This document shows positions 12,795-24,600 of a DNA stretch of 62,700 bases, in pieces. The DNA is from Nemertoderma westbladi (Eukaryota > Animalia > Xenacoelomorpha): positions 1 to 62,700 of the forward strand of contig JAUCBJ010007935.1 in assembly GCA_032718475.1 (NCBI GenBank), given 5' to 3'. The position numbers and the translations under genes are program-made. Under the pieces are notes generated by a model that saw nothing but the letters and a program-made list of their open reading frames with translations, was not told where the DNA came from and did no database searches. Positions within the stretch are counted from its first letter, which is position 1. Each line of letters starts with the position of its first letter.

Positions 12795-14279
12795 ATGGGC
12801 GAATATAGTACTGTCCGGGTCGTTGTGAGAAATAAATCTGGAACAAAGGAAGAGCGGAATGCGACATCATCAGACAGCGAAGAAGAAAAACTAGCTGAGC
12901 TTGTTTTTGGTGTCTCAAGTAAAAAGCGTAAAAGTTTTGAAGATGGAAAGAATTCATCAGTAGTGCATGTAGTGACAAAGAAAAATAAACAATTGGAACT
13001 CCCTTCTCTAGGGTTTACTATCGATGTTGAAGGAACATCATGTTTATTGGGCGATGACGATGGAGTGGGAGATCATTTAAACTGCGAAGAATCGAGTTTA
13101 CCTGAGGGATTCCGATCGGCGGGTGGCCGGAAACCGGTGTGGACTGAGAGCGAACGCTACGCGACAACGACGAGCAAACTCAGACAGGAGTTTGAGGCGG
13201 TTCACGGGAATCCTTCATGGGCGGAGCTGGACGGATCCGAGTCGGAATCCACGGACGCGGAACTGCTGAACGAACCCGGGGGATTCCTAGACGAATCGCG
13301 TCCCGCCCGTCTCCCTAAAGGAATCCTTGACATAAAGAAACACAGCGAGTTGGGCGAGTCCCGCGGGCCCGCTCTCGCTTCGCTCGGTTTCCATCCCGCC
13401 GCGACTATCGCAATGACCGCTACCCGCAACGGCCGTCTCTCTCTGTATCGCGTCGACGAAGAACCCCAACTGATCCAGTCCGTCTTCCTCGACCGATTTT
13501 CTCTCCGTTCCGCAGCGTTCGTCTCCGATGGATCAGCCATAGTCGCCGTTTCTAACTCCGCCAACCTCATGTACAGCTACGACCTTCTCTCCGGTAAATT
13601 CTCACACTTTAATTCAATTCAAAAGGTCCGAAATAAACGAGGCTCGCTTCGCTCGTTCCGCGCGTCCCCCGACGGTAGATGGATCGTCCTCCTTGGGAGC
13701 CATGGATACATCCACGTTGTAGCGAACCCGACCTACGAGTACGTGACCTCCTTCTGTGTCAGTAGCGACGTCGTGGACGTTGGTTTCGCACCCAGCGGGC
13801 AGCTGCTGGTCCTCGGTTCCGAGAACACCGGCTACGTGTACGATGTAGCGGCGCGGCGATGCGTACACACCTTCCTGGACATCGGCGCGTACGGATGGTC
13901 CACCCTCGCCGTATCCTGTGGCAACGTGGCGACCGGCTCTCGCAACGGCGTGGTCAACGTCTACCCGCTCGCTGAATGTCTCAACCAGACGACAGTGACT
14001 CCGACTAAATCCCTCGGGAATCTAACAACCACTGTTTCGAGTTTGCACTTTAATTCCCCCTATGGAGACCTCCTAGTCGCCGCATCCAATGAGGAGACTG
14101 CAGCCTTGCGATTGGTCCAACTCCCTTCCTTACAGGTCTTCTCCAACTTTCCCACCAGATCGTCAACTCTGGGAACTATAACTTGTTTGGGAACTTCCCC
14201 GAATTCCGGGTATATCGGTTTCGGTAATTCCAAGGGTTTCGCTAAACTCTATCGTCTCGGTTACTATAACTCTTATTAG
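12795..14279 (+). CDS. UTP18: U3 snoRNA-associated protein 18 homolog (WD40 repeat, SSU processome), single exon, 494 aa
   Basis: EEEKLAELVFG N-terminal motif, KPVW, KLRQEFEAVHGNPSWA, FHP, GNVATGSRNGVVNVY, NLTTTVSSLHFN, VFSNFP and SPNSGY..GNSKG..LYRL match the recognised UTP18 motif order. Confidence 0.92.
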   Translation: MGEYSTVRVVVRNKSGTKEERNATSSDSEEEKLAELVFGVSSKKRKSFEDGKNSSVVHVVTKKNKQLELPSLGFTIDVEGTSCLLGDDDGVGDHLNCEESSLPEGFRSAGGRKPVWTESERYATTTSKLRQEFEAVHGNPSWAELDGSESESTDAELLNEPGGFLDESRPARLPKGILDIKKHSELGESRGPALASLGFHPAATIAMTATRNGRLSLYRVDEEPQLIQSVFLDRFSLRSAAFVSDGSAIVAVSNSANLMYSYDLLSGKFSHFNSIQKVRNKRGSLRSFRASPDGRWIVLLGSHGYIHVVANPTYEYVTSFCVSSDVVDVGFAPSGQLLVLGSENTGYVYDVAARRCVHTFLDIGAYGWSTLAVSCGNVATGSRNGVVNVYPLAECLNQTTVTPTKSLGNLTTTVSSLHFNSPYGDLLVAASNEETAALRLVQLPSLQVFSNFPTRSSTLGTITCLGTSPNSGYIGFGNSKGFAKLYRLGYYNSY

Positions 14280-14509
14280 GTTCTCATTTTATTATACGGT
14301 TGTGGAATTTATTGATTAATATTCATCCATCTTCTAGACAAATCGCAATATCAGCTGGTTACTCTTAAAAATAGATACCGGTACCGCATACAGACAGATC
14401 AGAGTAAAATGAAAGTAGTTGGTGGTCGACCTACACCGCCAACAGGCCTAAATCATGACGGTACTGGATTTCTACCCGCCGTAAAAACAATTCTCATCCG
14501 TCGCAATAA

Positions 14510-15125
14510 CAATAACTATTTACATACTTGTGTTTAAAGTACCACTTTACAATGAGATGATCCGAGTGGCTTTGTTACACGAACGAACGTTAGTGAATGA
14601 GTGAAAATAAAGCCACGAGGATCAGAACACTGTAAAGTACTTTGCAACAAGTATGTATGTAGTTTTATTCCAAAATTTTAACTTTACGAAATGATTGTAC
14701 ATTTACATTATAAGTGAAGAAACTGCACATATTATATTAGTTGCTGTATAAATAAATGTAAGAATGACATAAATTATGTTATAAATAAGTTAGCTTATAT
14801 TTATGGTGGCATTTGGAGCCATATTATAATAATATAGCTAGGCCCTACTGGTTATTAATAGCTATACACCGACTACCGGTAGGTAATGCAGTAGGCTTAT
14901 CTGGCTGTCAGGCAAATTTCCATCTATTGTTAACGTGGTTACCAATGACGGAGTTAAGTAATGTCCCCTTAGTGGACATTACTTAACCGCGATAACACCA
15001 ATAATACAATACTAAATGTACAGGCCAATACAATGCTGTAATGTCTTCTAAAGTTGTAAACTGCTAAATAACAAATCGCTATTAATACTAACGGCGTTGA
15101 ATAATGTTACAATTTTGGAATAAAA
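14510..15125. mobile_element. Fold-back non-autonomous DNA element
   Basis: Long imperfect palindrome at 14513-14665 (AACTATTTACATACTTGT..GATCCGAGTGGCTTT / AAAGCCACGAGGATC..ACAAGTATGTATGTAGTT) and an inverted pair TTTTATTCCAAAATT (~14663) / AATTTTGGAATAAAA (~15111). A related end occurs at ~55965-55998. Confidence 0.5.
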
Positions 15126-15615
15126 TAGAGTACAACTAGTGATTGATTATCCCTACAGTCGCCTTACATACATTTAAATTTGCATTGATTCAAGTATCAA
15201 ATCGGGTTAATTATAAATAAATTGTAATTTAATGTAGTTTTTTTCTACCACAAAGTAACAATTTTATAGCAAAACATTTTCTTTTATAACATTGGGGGAA
15301 GGTCCTACTATGTTCTGAAATTTTAGAATTTCCTATAATCAAAATCGTATATCACAAATAAAACACTAGTTGTTCAGTGAAGTCGTACCTCCAGCAGAAC
15401 GATACTTCCGAAGTAGATTACATGCTTCACTCACTTCGTGGCTCGCCCCACAATATACTGTACTTACGGATCAGCTGAGATAACAGCTGGGAGTTCCGGT
15501 AACGAGATACATACTGCGGTATGACTTTCTGATGGTACCTGGTTGTTGGTCTTATTTTTACAATATTACGATTTATTATACGTAGTCTACCGACTACAAC
15601 ACAATAAAACCAAAA

Positions 15616-18600
15616 TTTTGGAACCCAGGCTATAATAATGCTGTTTAAACTTGGGTTTTGGAACCCAGGCTATAATAATACTGTTTAAGCTTGGGTTTTG
15701 GAACCCAGGCTATAATAATGCTGTTTAAGCTTGGGTTTTGGAATCCAGGCTATAATAATGCTGTTTAAGCTTGGGTATTGGAACCCAGGCTATAATAATG
15801 CTGTTTAAGCTTGGGTTTTGGAACCCAGGCTATAATAATGCTGTTTAAGCTTGGGTTTTGGAACCCAGGCTATAATAATGCTGTTTAAGCTTGGGTTTTT
15901 GAACCCAGGCTATAATAATGCTGTTTAAGCATGGGTATTGGAACCCAGGCTATAATAATGCTGTTTAAGCTTGGGTTTTGGAACCCAGGCAATAATGCTG
16001 TTTAAGCTTGGGTTTTGGAATCCAGGCTATAATAATGCTGTTTAAGCTTGGGTTTTGGAATCCAGGCTATAATAATGCTGTTTAAGCTTGGGTTTTGGAA
16101 CCCAGACTATAATAATGCTGTTTAAGTTTGGGTTTTGGAACCCAGGCTATAATAATGCTGTTTACGCTTAGGTTTTGGAACCCAGGCTATAATAATGCTG
16201 TTTAAGCTTGGGTTTTGGAACCCAGGCTATAATAATGCTGTTTAAGCTTGGGTTTTGGAACCCAGGCTATAATAATGCTGTTTAAGCTTGGGTTTTGGAA
16301 CCCAGGCTATAATAATGCTGTTTAAGCTTGGGTTTTGGAACCCAGGCTATAATAATGCTGTTTAAACTTGGGTTTTGGAACCCAGGCTATAATAATGCTG
16401 TTTAAACTTGGGTTTTGGAACCCAGGCTATAATAATGCTGTTTACGCTTAGGTTTTGGAACCCAGGCTATAATAATGCTGTTTAAGCTTGGGTTTTGGAA
16501 CCCAAGCTATAATAATGCTGTTTAAGCTTGGGTTTTGGAACCCAGGCTATAATAATGCTGTTTAAGCTTGGGTTTTGGAACCCAGGCTATAATAATGCTG
16601 TTTAAGCTTGGGTTTTGGAACCCAGGCTATAATAATGCTGTTTAAACTTGGGTTTTGGAACCCAGGCTATAATAATGCTGTTTAAACTTGGGTTTTGGAA
16701 CCCAGGCTATAATAATGCTGTTTAAGCTTGGGTTTTTGAACCCAGGCTATAATAATGCTGTTTAAGCTTGGGTTTTGGAACCCAGGCAATAATAATGCTG
16801 TTTAAGCTTTGGTTTTGGAACCCAGGTTATAATAATGCTGTTTAAGCTTGGTTATTGGAATCCAGGCTATAATAATGCTGTTTAAGCTTGGGTTTTGGAA
16901 CCCAGGCTATAATAATGCTGTTTAAACTTGGGTTTTGGAACCCAGGCTATAATAATGCTGTTTAAGCTTGGGTTTTGGAACCCAGGCTATAATAATGCTG
17001 TTTAAGCTTGGGTTTTGGAACCCAGGCTATAATAATGCTGTTTAAGCTTGGGTTTTGGAACCCAGGCTATAATAATGCTGTTTAAGCTTGGGTTTTGGAA
17101 CCCAGGCTATAATAATGCTGTTTAAGCGTGGGTTTTGGAATCCAGGCTATAATAATGCTTTTTAAGCTTGGGTTTTGGAACCCAGGCTATAATAATGCTG
17201 TTTAAGCTTGGGTTTTGGAACCCAGGCTATAATAATGCTGTTTAAGCTTGGGTTTTGGAATCCAGGCTATAATAATGCTGTTTAAGCTTGGGTATTGGAA
17301 CCCAGGCTATAATAATGCTGTTTAAGCTTGGGTTTTGGAACCCAAGCTATAATAATGCTGTTTAAGCTTGGGTATTGGAACCCAGGCTATAATAATGCTG
17401 TTTAAGCTTGGGTTTTGGTACCCAGGCTATATTAATGCTGTTTAAACTTGGGTTTTGGAACCCAGGCTATAATAATGCTGTTTAAGCTTGGGTTTTGGAA
17501 CCCAGGCTATAATAATGCTGTTTAAGCTTGGGTTTTGGAACCCAGGCTATAATAATGCTGTTTAAGCTTGGGTTTTGGAACCCAGGCTATAATAATGCTG
17601 TTTAAGCTTGGGTTTTGGAACCCAGACTATAATAATGCTGTTTAAGCTTGGGTTTTGGAACCCAGGCTATAATAATGCTGTTTAAGCTTGGGTTTTGGAA
17701 CCCAGGCTATAATAATGCTGTTTAAGCTTGGGTTTTGGAACCCAGGCTATAATAATGCTGTTTAAGCTTGGGTTTTGGAACCCAGGCTATAATAATGCTG
17801 TTTAAGCTTGGGTTTTGGAACCCAGGCTATAATAATGCTGTTTAAACTTGGGTATTGGAATCCAGGCTATAATAATGCTGTTTACGCTTAGGTTTTGGAA
17901 CCCAGGCTATAATAATGCTGTTTATGCTTGGGTTTTGGAACCCAGGCTATATTAATGCTGTTTAAACTTGGGTTTTGGAACCCAGGCTATAATAATGCTG
18001 TTTAAGCTTGGGTTTTGGAACCCAGGCTATAATAATGCTGTTTAAGCTTGGGTTTTGGAACCCAGGCTATAATAATGCTGTTTAAGCTTGGGTTTTGGAA
18101 CCCAGGCTATAATAATGCTGTTTAAGCTTGGGTTTTGGAACCCAGGCTATAATAATGCTGTTTAAGCTTGGGTTTTGGAACCCAGACTATAATAATGCTG
18201 TTTAAGCTTGGGTTTTGGAACCCAGGCTATAATAATGCTGTTTAAGCTTGGGTTTTGGAACCCAGGCAATAATAATGCTGTTTAAGCTTGGGTTTTGGAA
18301 TCCAGGCTATAATAATGCTGTTTAAGCTTGGGTTTTGGAACCCAGGCTATAATAATGCTGTTTAAGCTTGGGTTTTGGAACCCAGGCAATAATAATGCTG
18401 TTTAAGCTTGGGTTTTGGAACCCAGGCTATAATAATGCTGTTTAAGCTTGGGTTTTGGAACCCAGACTATAATAATGCTGTTTAAGCTTGGGTTTTGGAA
18501 CCCAGACTATAATAATGCTGTTTAAGCTTGGGTTTTGGAACCCAGGCTATAATAATGCTGTTTAAGCTTGGGTATTGGAATCCAGGCTATAATAATGCTG

Positions 18601-21600
18601 TTTACGCTTAGGTTTTGGAACCCAGGCTATAATAATGCTGTTTATGCTTGGGTTTTGGAACCCAGGCTATATTAATCCTGTTTAAACTTGGGTTTTGGAA
18701 CCCAGGCTATAATAATGCTGTTTAAGCTTGGGTTTTGGAACCCAGGCTATAATAATGCTGTTTAAGCTTGGGTTTTGGAACCCAGGCTATAATAATGCTG
18801 TTTAAGCTTGGGTTTTGGAACCCAGACTATAATAATGCTGTTTAAGCTTGGGTTTTGGAACCCAGGCTATAATAATGCTGTTTAAGCTTGGGTATTGGAA
18901 TCCAGGCTATAATAATGCTGTTTAAGCTTGGGTTTTGGAACCCAGGCTATAATAATGCTGTTTAAGCTTGGGTTTTGGAACCCAGGCTATAATAATGCTG
19001 TTTAAGCTTGGGTTTTGGAACCCAGGCTATAATAATGCTGTTTAAACTTGGGTTTTGGAACCCAGGCTATAATAATGCTGTTTAAACTTGGGTTTTGGAA
19101 CCCAGGCTATAATAATGCTGTTTAAGCTTGGGTTTTGGAACCCAGGCTATAATAATGCTGTTTAAACTTGGGTTTTGGAACCCAGGCTATAATAATGCTG
19201 TTTACGCTTAGGTTTTGGAACCCAGGCTATAATAATGCTGTTTAAGCTTGGGTTTTTGAACCCAGGCTATAATAATGCTGTTTAAACTTGGGTTTTGGAA
19301 CCCAGGCTATAATAATGCTGTTTAAGCTTGGGTTTTGGAACCCAGGCTATAATAATGCTGTTTAAGCTTGGGTTTTGGAACCCAGGCAATAATAATGCTG
19401 TTTAAGCTTGGGTTTTGGAATCCAGGCTATAATAATGCTGTTTAAGCTTGGGTTTTGGAACCCAGGCTATAATAATGCTGTTTAAGCTTGGGTTTTGGAA
19501 CCCAGGCAATAATAATGCTGTTTAAGCTTGGGTTTTGGAACCCAGGCTATAATAATGCTGTTTAAGCTTGGGTTTTGGAACCCAGACTATAATAATGCTG
19601 TTTAAGCTTGGGTTTTGGAACCCAGACTATAATAATGCTGTTTAAGCTTGGGTTTTGGAACCCAGGCTATAATAATGCTGTTTAAGCTTGGGTATTGGAA
19701 TCCAGGCTATAATAATGCTGTTTACGCTTAGGTTTTGGAACCCAGGCTATAATAATGCTGTTTATGCTTGGGTTTTGGAACCCAGGCTATATTAATGCTG
19801 TTTAAACTTGGGTTTTGGAACCCAGGCTATAATAATGCTGTTTAAGCTTGGGTTTTGGAACCCAGGCTATAATAATGCTGTTTAAGCTTGGGTTTTGGAA
19901 CCCAGGCTATAATAATGCTGTTTAAGCTTGGGTTTTGGAACCCAGGCTATAATAATGCTGTTTAAGCTTGGGTTTTGGAACCCAGGCTATAATAATGCTG
20001 TTTAAGCTTGGGTTTTGGAACCCAGGCTATAATAATGCTGTTTAAGCTTGGGTTTTGGAACCCAGGCTATAATAATGCTGTTTAAGCTTGGGTTTTGGAA
20101 CCCAGGCTATAATAATGCTGTTTAAGCTTGGGTTTTGGAACCCAGGCTATAATAATGCTGTTTAAGCTTGGGTTTTGGAACCCAGGCTATAATAATGCTG
20201 TTTAAGCTTGGGTTTTGGAACCCAGGCAATAATAATGCTGTTTAAGCTTGGGTTTTGGAATCCAGGCTATAATAATGCTGTTTAAGCTTGGGTTTTGGAA
20301 CCCAGGCTATAATAATGCTGTTTAAGCTTGGGTTTTGGAACCCAGGCAATAATAATGCTGTTTAAGCTTGGGTTTTGGAACCCAGGCTATAATAATGCTG
20401 TTTAAGCTTGGGTTTTGGAACCCAGACTATAATAATGCTGTTTAAGCTTGGGTTTTGGAACCCAGGCTATAATAATGCTGTTTAAGCTTGGGTTTTGGAA
20501 CCCAGACTATAATAATGCTGTTTAAGCTTGGGTTTTGGAACCCAGGCTATAATAATGCTGTTTAAGCTTGGGTTTTGGAACCCAGGCTATAATAATGCTG
20601 TTTAAGCTTGGGTTTTGGAACCCAGGCTATAATAATGCTGTTTAAGCTTGGGTTTTGGAACCCAGGCTATAATAATGCTGTTTAAGCTTGGGTTTTGGAA
20701 CCCAGGCTATAATAATGCTGTTTAAACTTGGGTATTGGAATCCAGGCTATAATAATGCTGTTTACGCTTAGGTTTTGGAACCCAGGCTATAATAATGCTG
20801 TTTATGCTTGGGTTTTGGAACCCAGGCTATATTAATGCTGTTTAAACTTGGGTTTTGGAACCCAGGCTATAATAATGCTGTTTAAGCTTGGGTTTTGGAA
20901 CCCAGGCTATAATAATGCTGTTTAAGCTTGGGTTTTGGAACCCAGGCTATAATAATGCTGTTTAAGCTTGGGTTTTGGAACCCAGGCTATAATAATGCTG
21001 TTTAAGCTTGGGTTTTGGAACCCAGGCTATAATAATGCTGTTTAAGCTTGGGTTTTGGAACCCAGACTATAATAATGCTGTTTAAGCTTGGGTTTTGGAA
21101 CCCAGGCTATAATAATGCTGTTTAAGCTTGGGTTTTGGAACCCAGGCAATAATAATGCTGTTTAAGCTTGGGTTTTGGAATCCAGGCTATAATAATGCTG
21201 TTTAAGCTTGGGTTTTGGAACCCAGGCTATAATAATGCTGTTTAAGCTTGGGTTTTGGAACCCAGGCAATAATAATGCTGTTTAAGCTTGGGTTTTGGAA
21301 CCCAGGCTATAATAATGCTGTTTAAGCTTGGGTTTTGGAACCCAGACTATAATAATGCTGTTTAAGCTTGGGTTTTGGAACCCAGACTATAATAATGCTG
21401 TTTAAGCTTGGGTTTTGGAACCCAGGCTATAATAATGCTGTTTAAGCTTGGGTATTGGAATCCAGGCTATAATAATGCTGTTTACGCTTAGGTTTTGGAA
21501 CCCAGGCTATAATAATGCTGTTTATGCTTGGGTTTTGGAACCCAGGCTATATTAATGCTGTTTAAACTTGGGTTTTGGAACCCAGGCTATAATAATGCTG

Positions 21601-24600
21601 TTTAAGCTTGGGTTTTGGAACCCAGGCTATAATAATGCTGTTTAAGCTTGGGTTTTGGAACCCAGGCTATAATAATGCTGTTTAAGCTTGGGTTTTGGAA
21701 CCCAGACTATAATAATGCTGTTTAAGCTTGGGTTTTGGAACCCAGGCTATAATAATGCTGTTTAAGCTTGGGTATTGGAATCCAGGCTATAATAATGCTG
21801 TTTAAGCTTGGGTTTTGGAACCCAGGCTATAATAATGCTGTTTAAGCTTGGGTTTTGGAACCCAGGCTATAATAATGCTGTTTAAGCTTGGGTTTTGGAA
21901 CCCAGGCTATAATAATGCTGTTTAAACTTGGGTTTTGGAACCCAGGCTATAATAATGCTGTTTAAACTTGGGTTTTGGAACCCAGGCTATAATAATGCTG
22001 TTTAAGCTTGGGTTTTGGAACCCAGGCTATAATAATGCTGTTTAAGCTTGGGTTTTGGAACCCAGGCTATAATAATGCTGTTTACGCTTAGGTTTTGGAA
22101 CCCAGGCTATAATAATGCTGTTTAAGCTTGGGTTTTGGAACCCAGGCTATAATAATGCTGTTTAAACTTGGGTTTTGGAACCCAGGCTATAATAATGCTG
22201 TTTAAGCTTGGGTTTTGGAACCCAGGCTATAATAATGCTGTTTAAGCTTGGGTTTTGGAACCCAGGCAATAATAATGCTGTTTAAGCTTGGGTTTTGGAA
22301 TCCAGGCTATAATAATGCTGTTTAAGCTTGGGTTTTGGAACCCAGGCTATAATAATGCTGTTTAAGCTTGGGTTTTGGAACCCAGGCAATAATAATGCTG
22401 TTTAAGCTTGGGTTTTGGAACCCAGGCTATAATAATGCTGTTTAAGCTTGGGTTTTGGAACCCAGACTATAATAATGCTGTTTAAGCTTGGGTTTTGGAA
22501 CCCAGACTATAATAATGCTGTTTAAGCTTGGGTTTTGGAACCCAGGCTATAATAATGCTGTTTAAGCTTGGGTATTGGAATCCAGGCTATAATAATGCTG
22601 TTTACGCTTAGGTTTTGGAACCCAGGCTATAATAATGCTGTTTATGCTTGGGTTTTGGAACCCAGGCTATATTAATGCTGTTTAAACTTGGGTTTTGGAA
22701 CCCAGGCTATAATAATGCTGTTTAAGCTTGGGTTTTGGAACCCAGGCTATAATAATGCTGTTTAAGCTTGGGTTTTGGAACCCAGGCTATAATAATGCTG
22801 TTTAAGCTTGGGTTTTGGAACCCAGGCTATAATAATGCTGTTTAAGCTTGGGTTTTGGAACCCAGGCTATAATAATGCTGTTTAAGCTTGGGTTTTGGAA
22901 CCCAGGCTATAATAATGCTGTTTAAGCTTGGGTTTTGGAACCCAGGCTATAATAATGCTGTTTAAGCTTGGGTTTTGGAACCCAGGCTATAATAATGCTG
23001 TTTAAGCTTGGGTTTTGGAACCCAGGCTATAATAATGCTGTTTAAGCTTGGGTTTTGGAACCCAGGCTATAATAATGCTGTTTAAGCTTGGGTTTTGGAA
23101 CCCAGGCAATAATAATGCTGTTTAAGCTTGGGTTTTGGAATCCAGGCTATAATAATGCTGTTTAAGCTTGGGTTTTGGAACCCAGGCTATAATAATGCTG
23201 TTTAAGCTTGGGTTTTGGAACCCAGGCAATAATAATGCTGTTTAAGCTTGGGTTTTGGAACCCAGGCTATAATAATGCTGTTTAAGCTTGGGTTTTGGAA
23301 CCCAGACTATAATAATGCTGTTTAAGCTTGGGTTTTGGAACCCAGGCTATAATAATGCTGTTTAAGCTTGGGTTTTGGAACCCAGGCTATAATAATGCTG
23401 TTTAAGCTTGGGTTTTGGAACCCAGGCTATAATAATGCTGTTTAAGCTTGGGTTTTGGAACCCAGGCTATAATAATGCTGTTTAAGCTTGGGTTTTGGAA
23501 CCCAGGCTATAATAATGCTGTTTAAGCTTGGGTTTTGGAATCCAGGCTATAATAATGCTGTTTAAGCTTGGGTTTTGGAACCCAGGCTATAATAATGCTG
23601 TTTACGCTTAGGTTTTGGAACCCAGGCTATAATAATGCTGTTTACGCTTGTGTTTTGGAATCCAGGCTATAATAATGCTGTTTAAGCTTGGGTTTTGGAA
23701 CCCAGGCTATAATAATGCTGTTTACGCTTATGTTTTGGAACCCAGGCTATAATAATGCTGTTTACGCTTATGTTTTGGAATCCAGGCTATAATAATGCTG
23801 TTTAAACTTGGGTTTTGGAACCCAGGCTATAATAATGCTGTTTAAACTTGGGTTTTGGAACCCAGGCTATAATAATGCTGTTTAAACTTGGGTTTTGGAA
23901 CCCAGGCTATAATAATGCTGTTTAAACTTGGGTTTTGGAACCCAGGCTATAATAATGCTGTTTACGCTTAGGTTTTGGAACCCAGGCTATAATAATGCTG
24001 TTTAAGCTTGGGTTTTGGAACCCAGGCTATAATAATGCTGTTTAAGCTTGGGTTTTGGAACCCAGGCTATAATAATGCTGTTTAAGCTTGGGTTTTGGAA
24101 CCCAGGCTATAATAATGCTGTTTAAGCTTGGGTTTTGGAACCCAGGCTATAATAATGCTGTTTAAGCTTGGGTTTTGGAACCCAGGCTATAATAATGCTG
24201 TTTAAACTTGGGTTTTGGAACCCAGGCTATAATAATGCTGTTTAAGCTTGGGTTTTGGAACCCAGGCTATAATAATGCTGTTTAAGCTTGGGTTTTGGAA
24301 CCCAGGCTATAATAATGCTGTTTAAGCTTGGGTTTTGGAATCCAGGCTATAATAATGCTGTTTAAGCTTGGGTTTTGGAACCCAGGCTATAATAATGCTG
24401 TTTAAGCTTGGGTTTTGGAACCCAGGCAATAATAATGCTGTTTAAGCTTGGGTTTTGGAACCCAGGCTATAATAATGCTGTTTAAGCTTGGGTTTTGGAA
24501 CCCAGACTATAATAATGCTGTTTAAGCTTGGGTTTTGGAACCCAGACTATAATAATGCTGTTTAAGCTTGGGTTTTGGAACCCAGGCTATAATAATGCTG

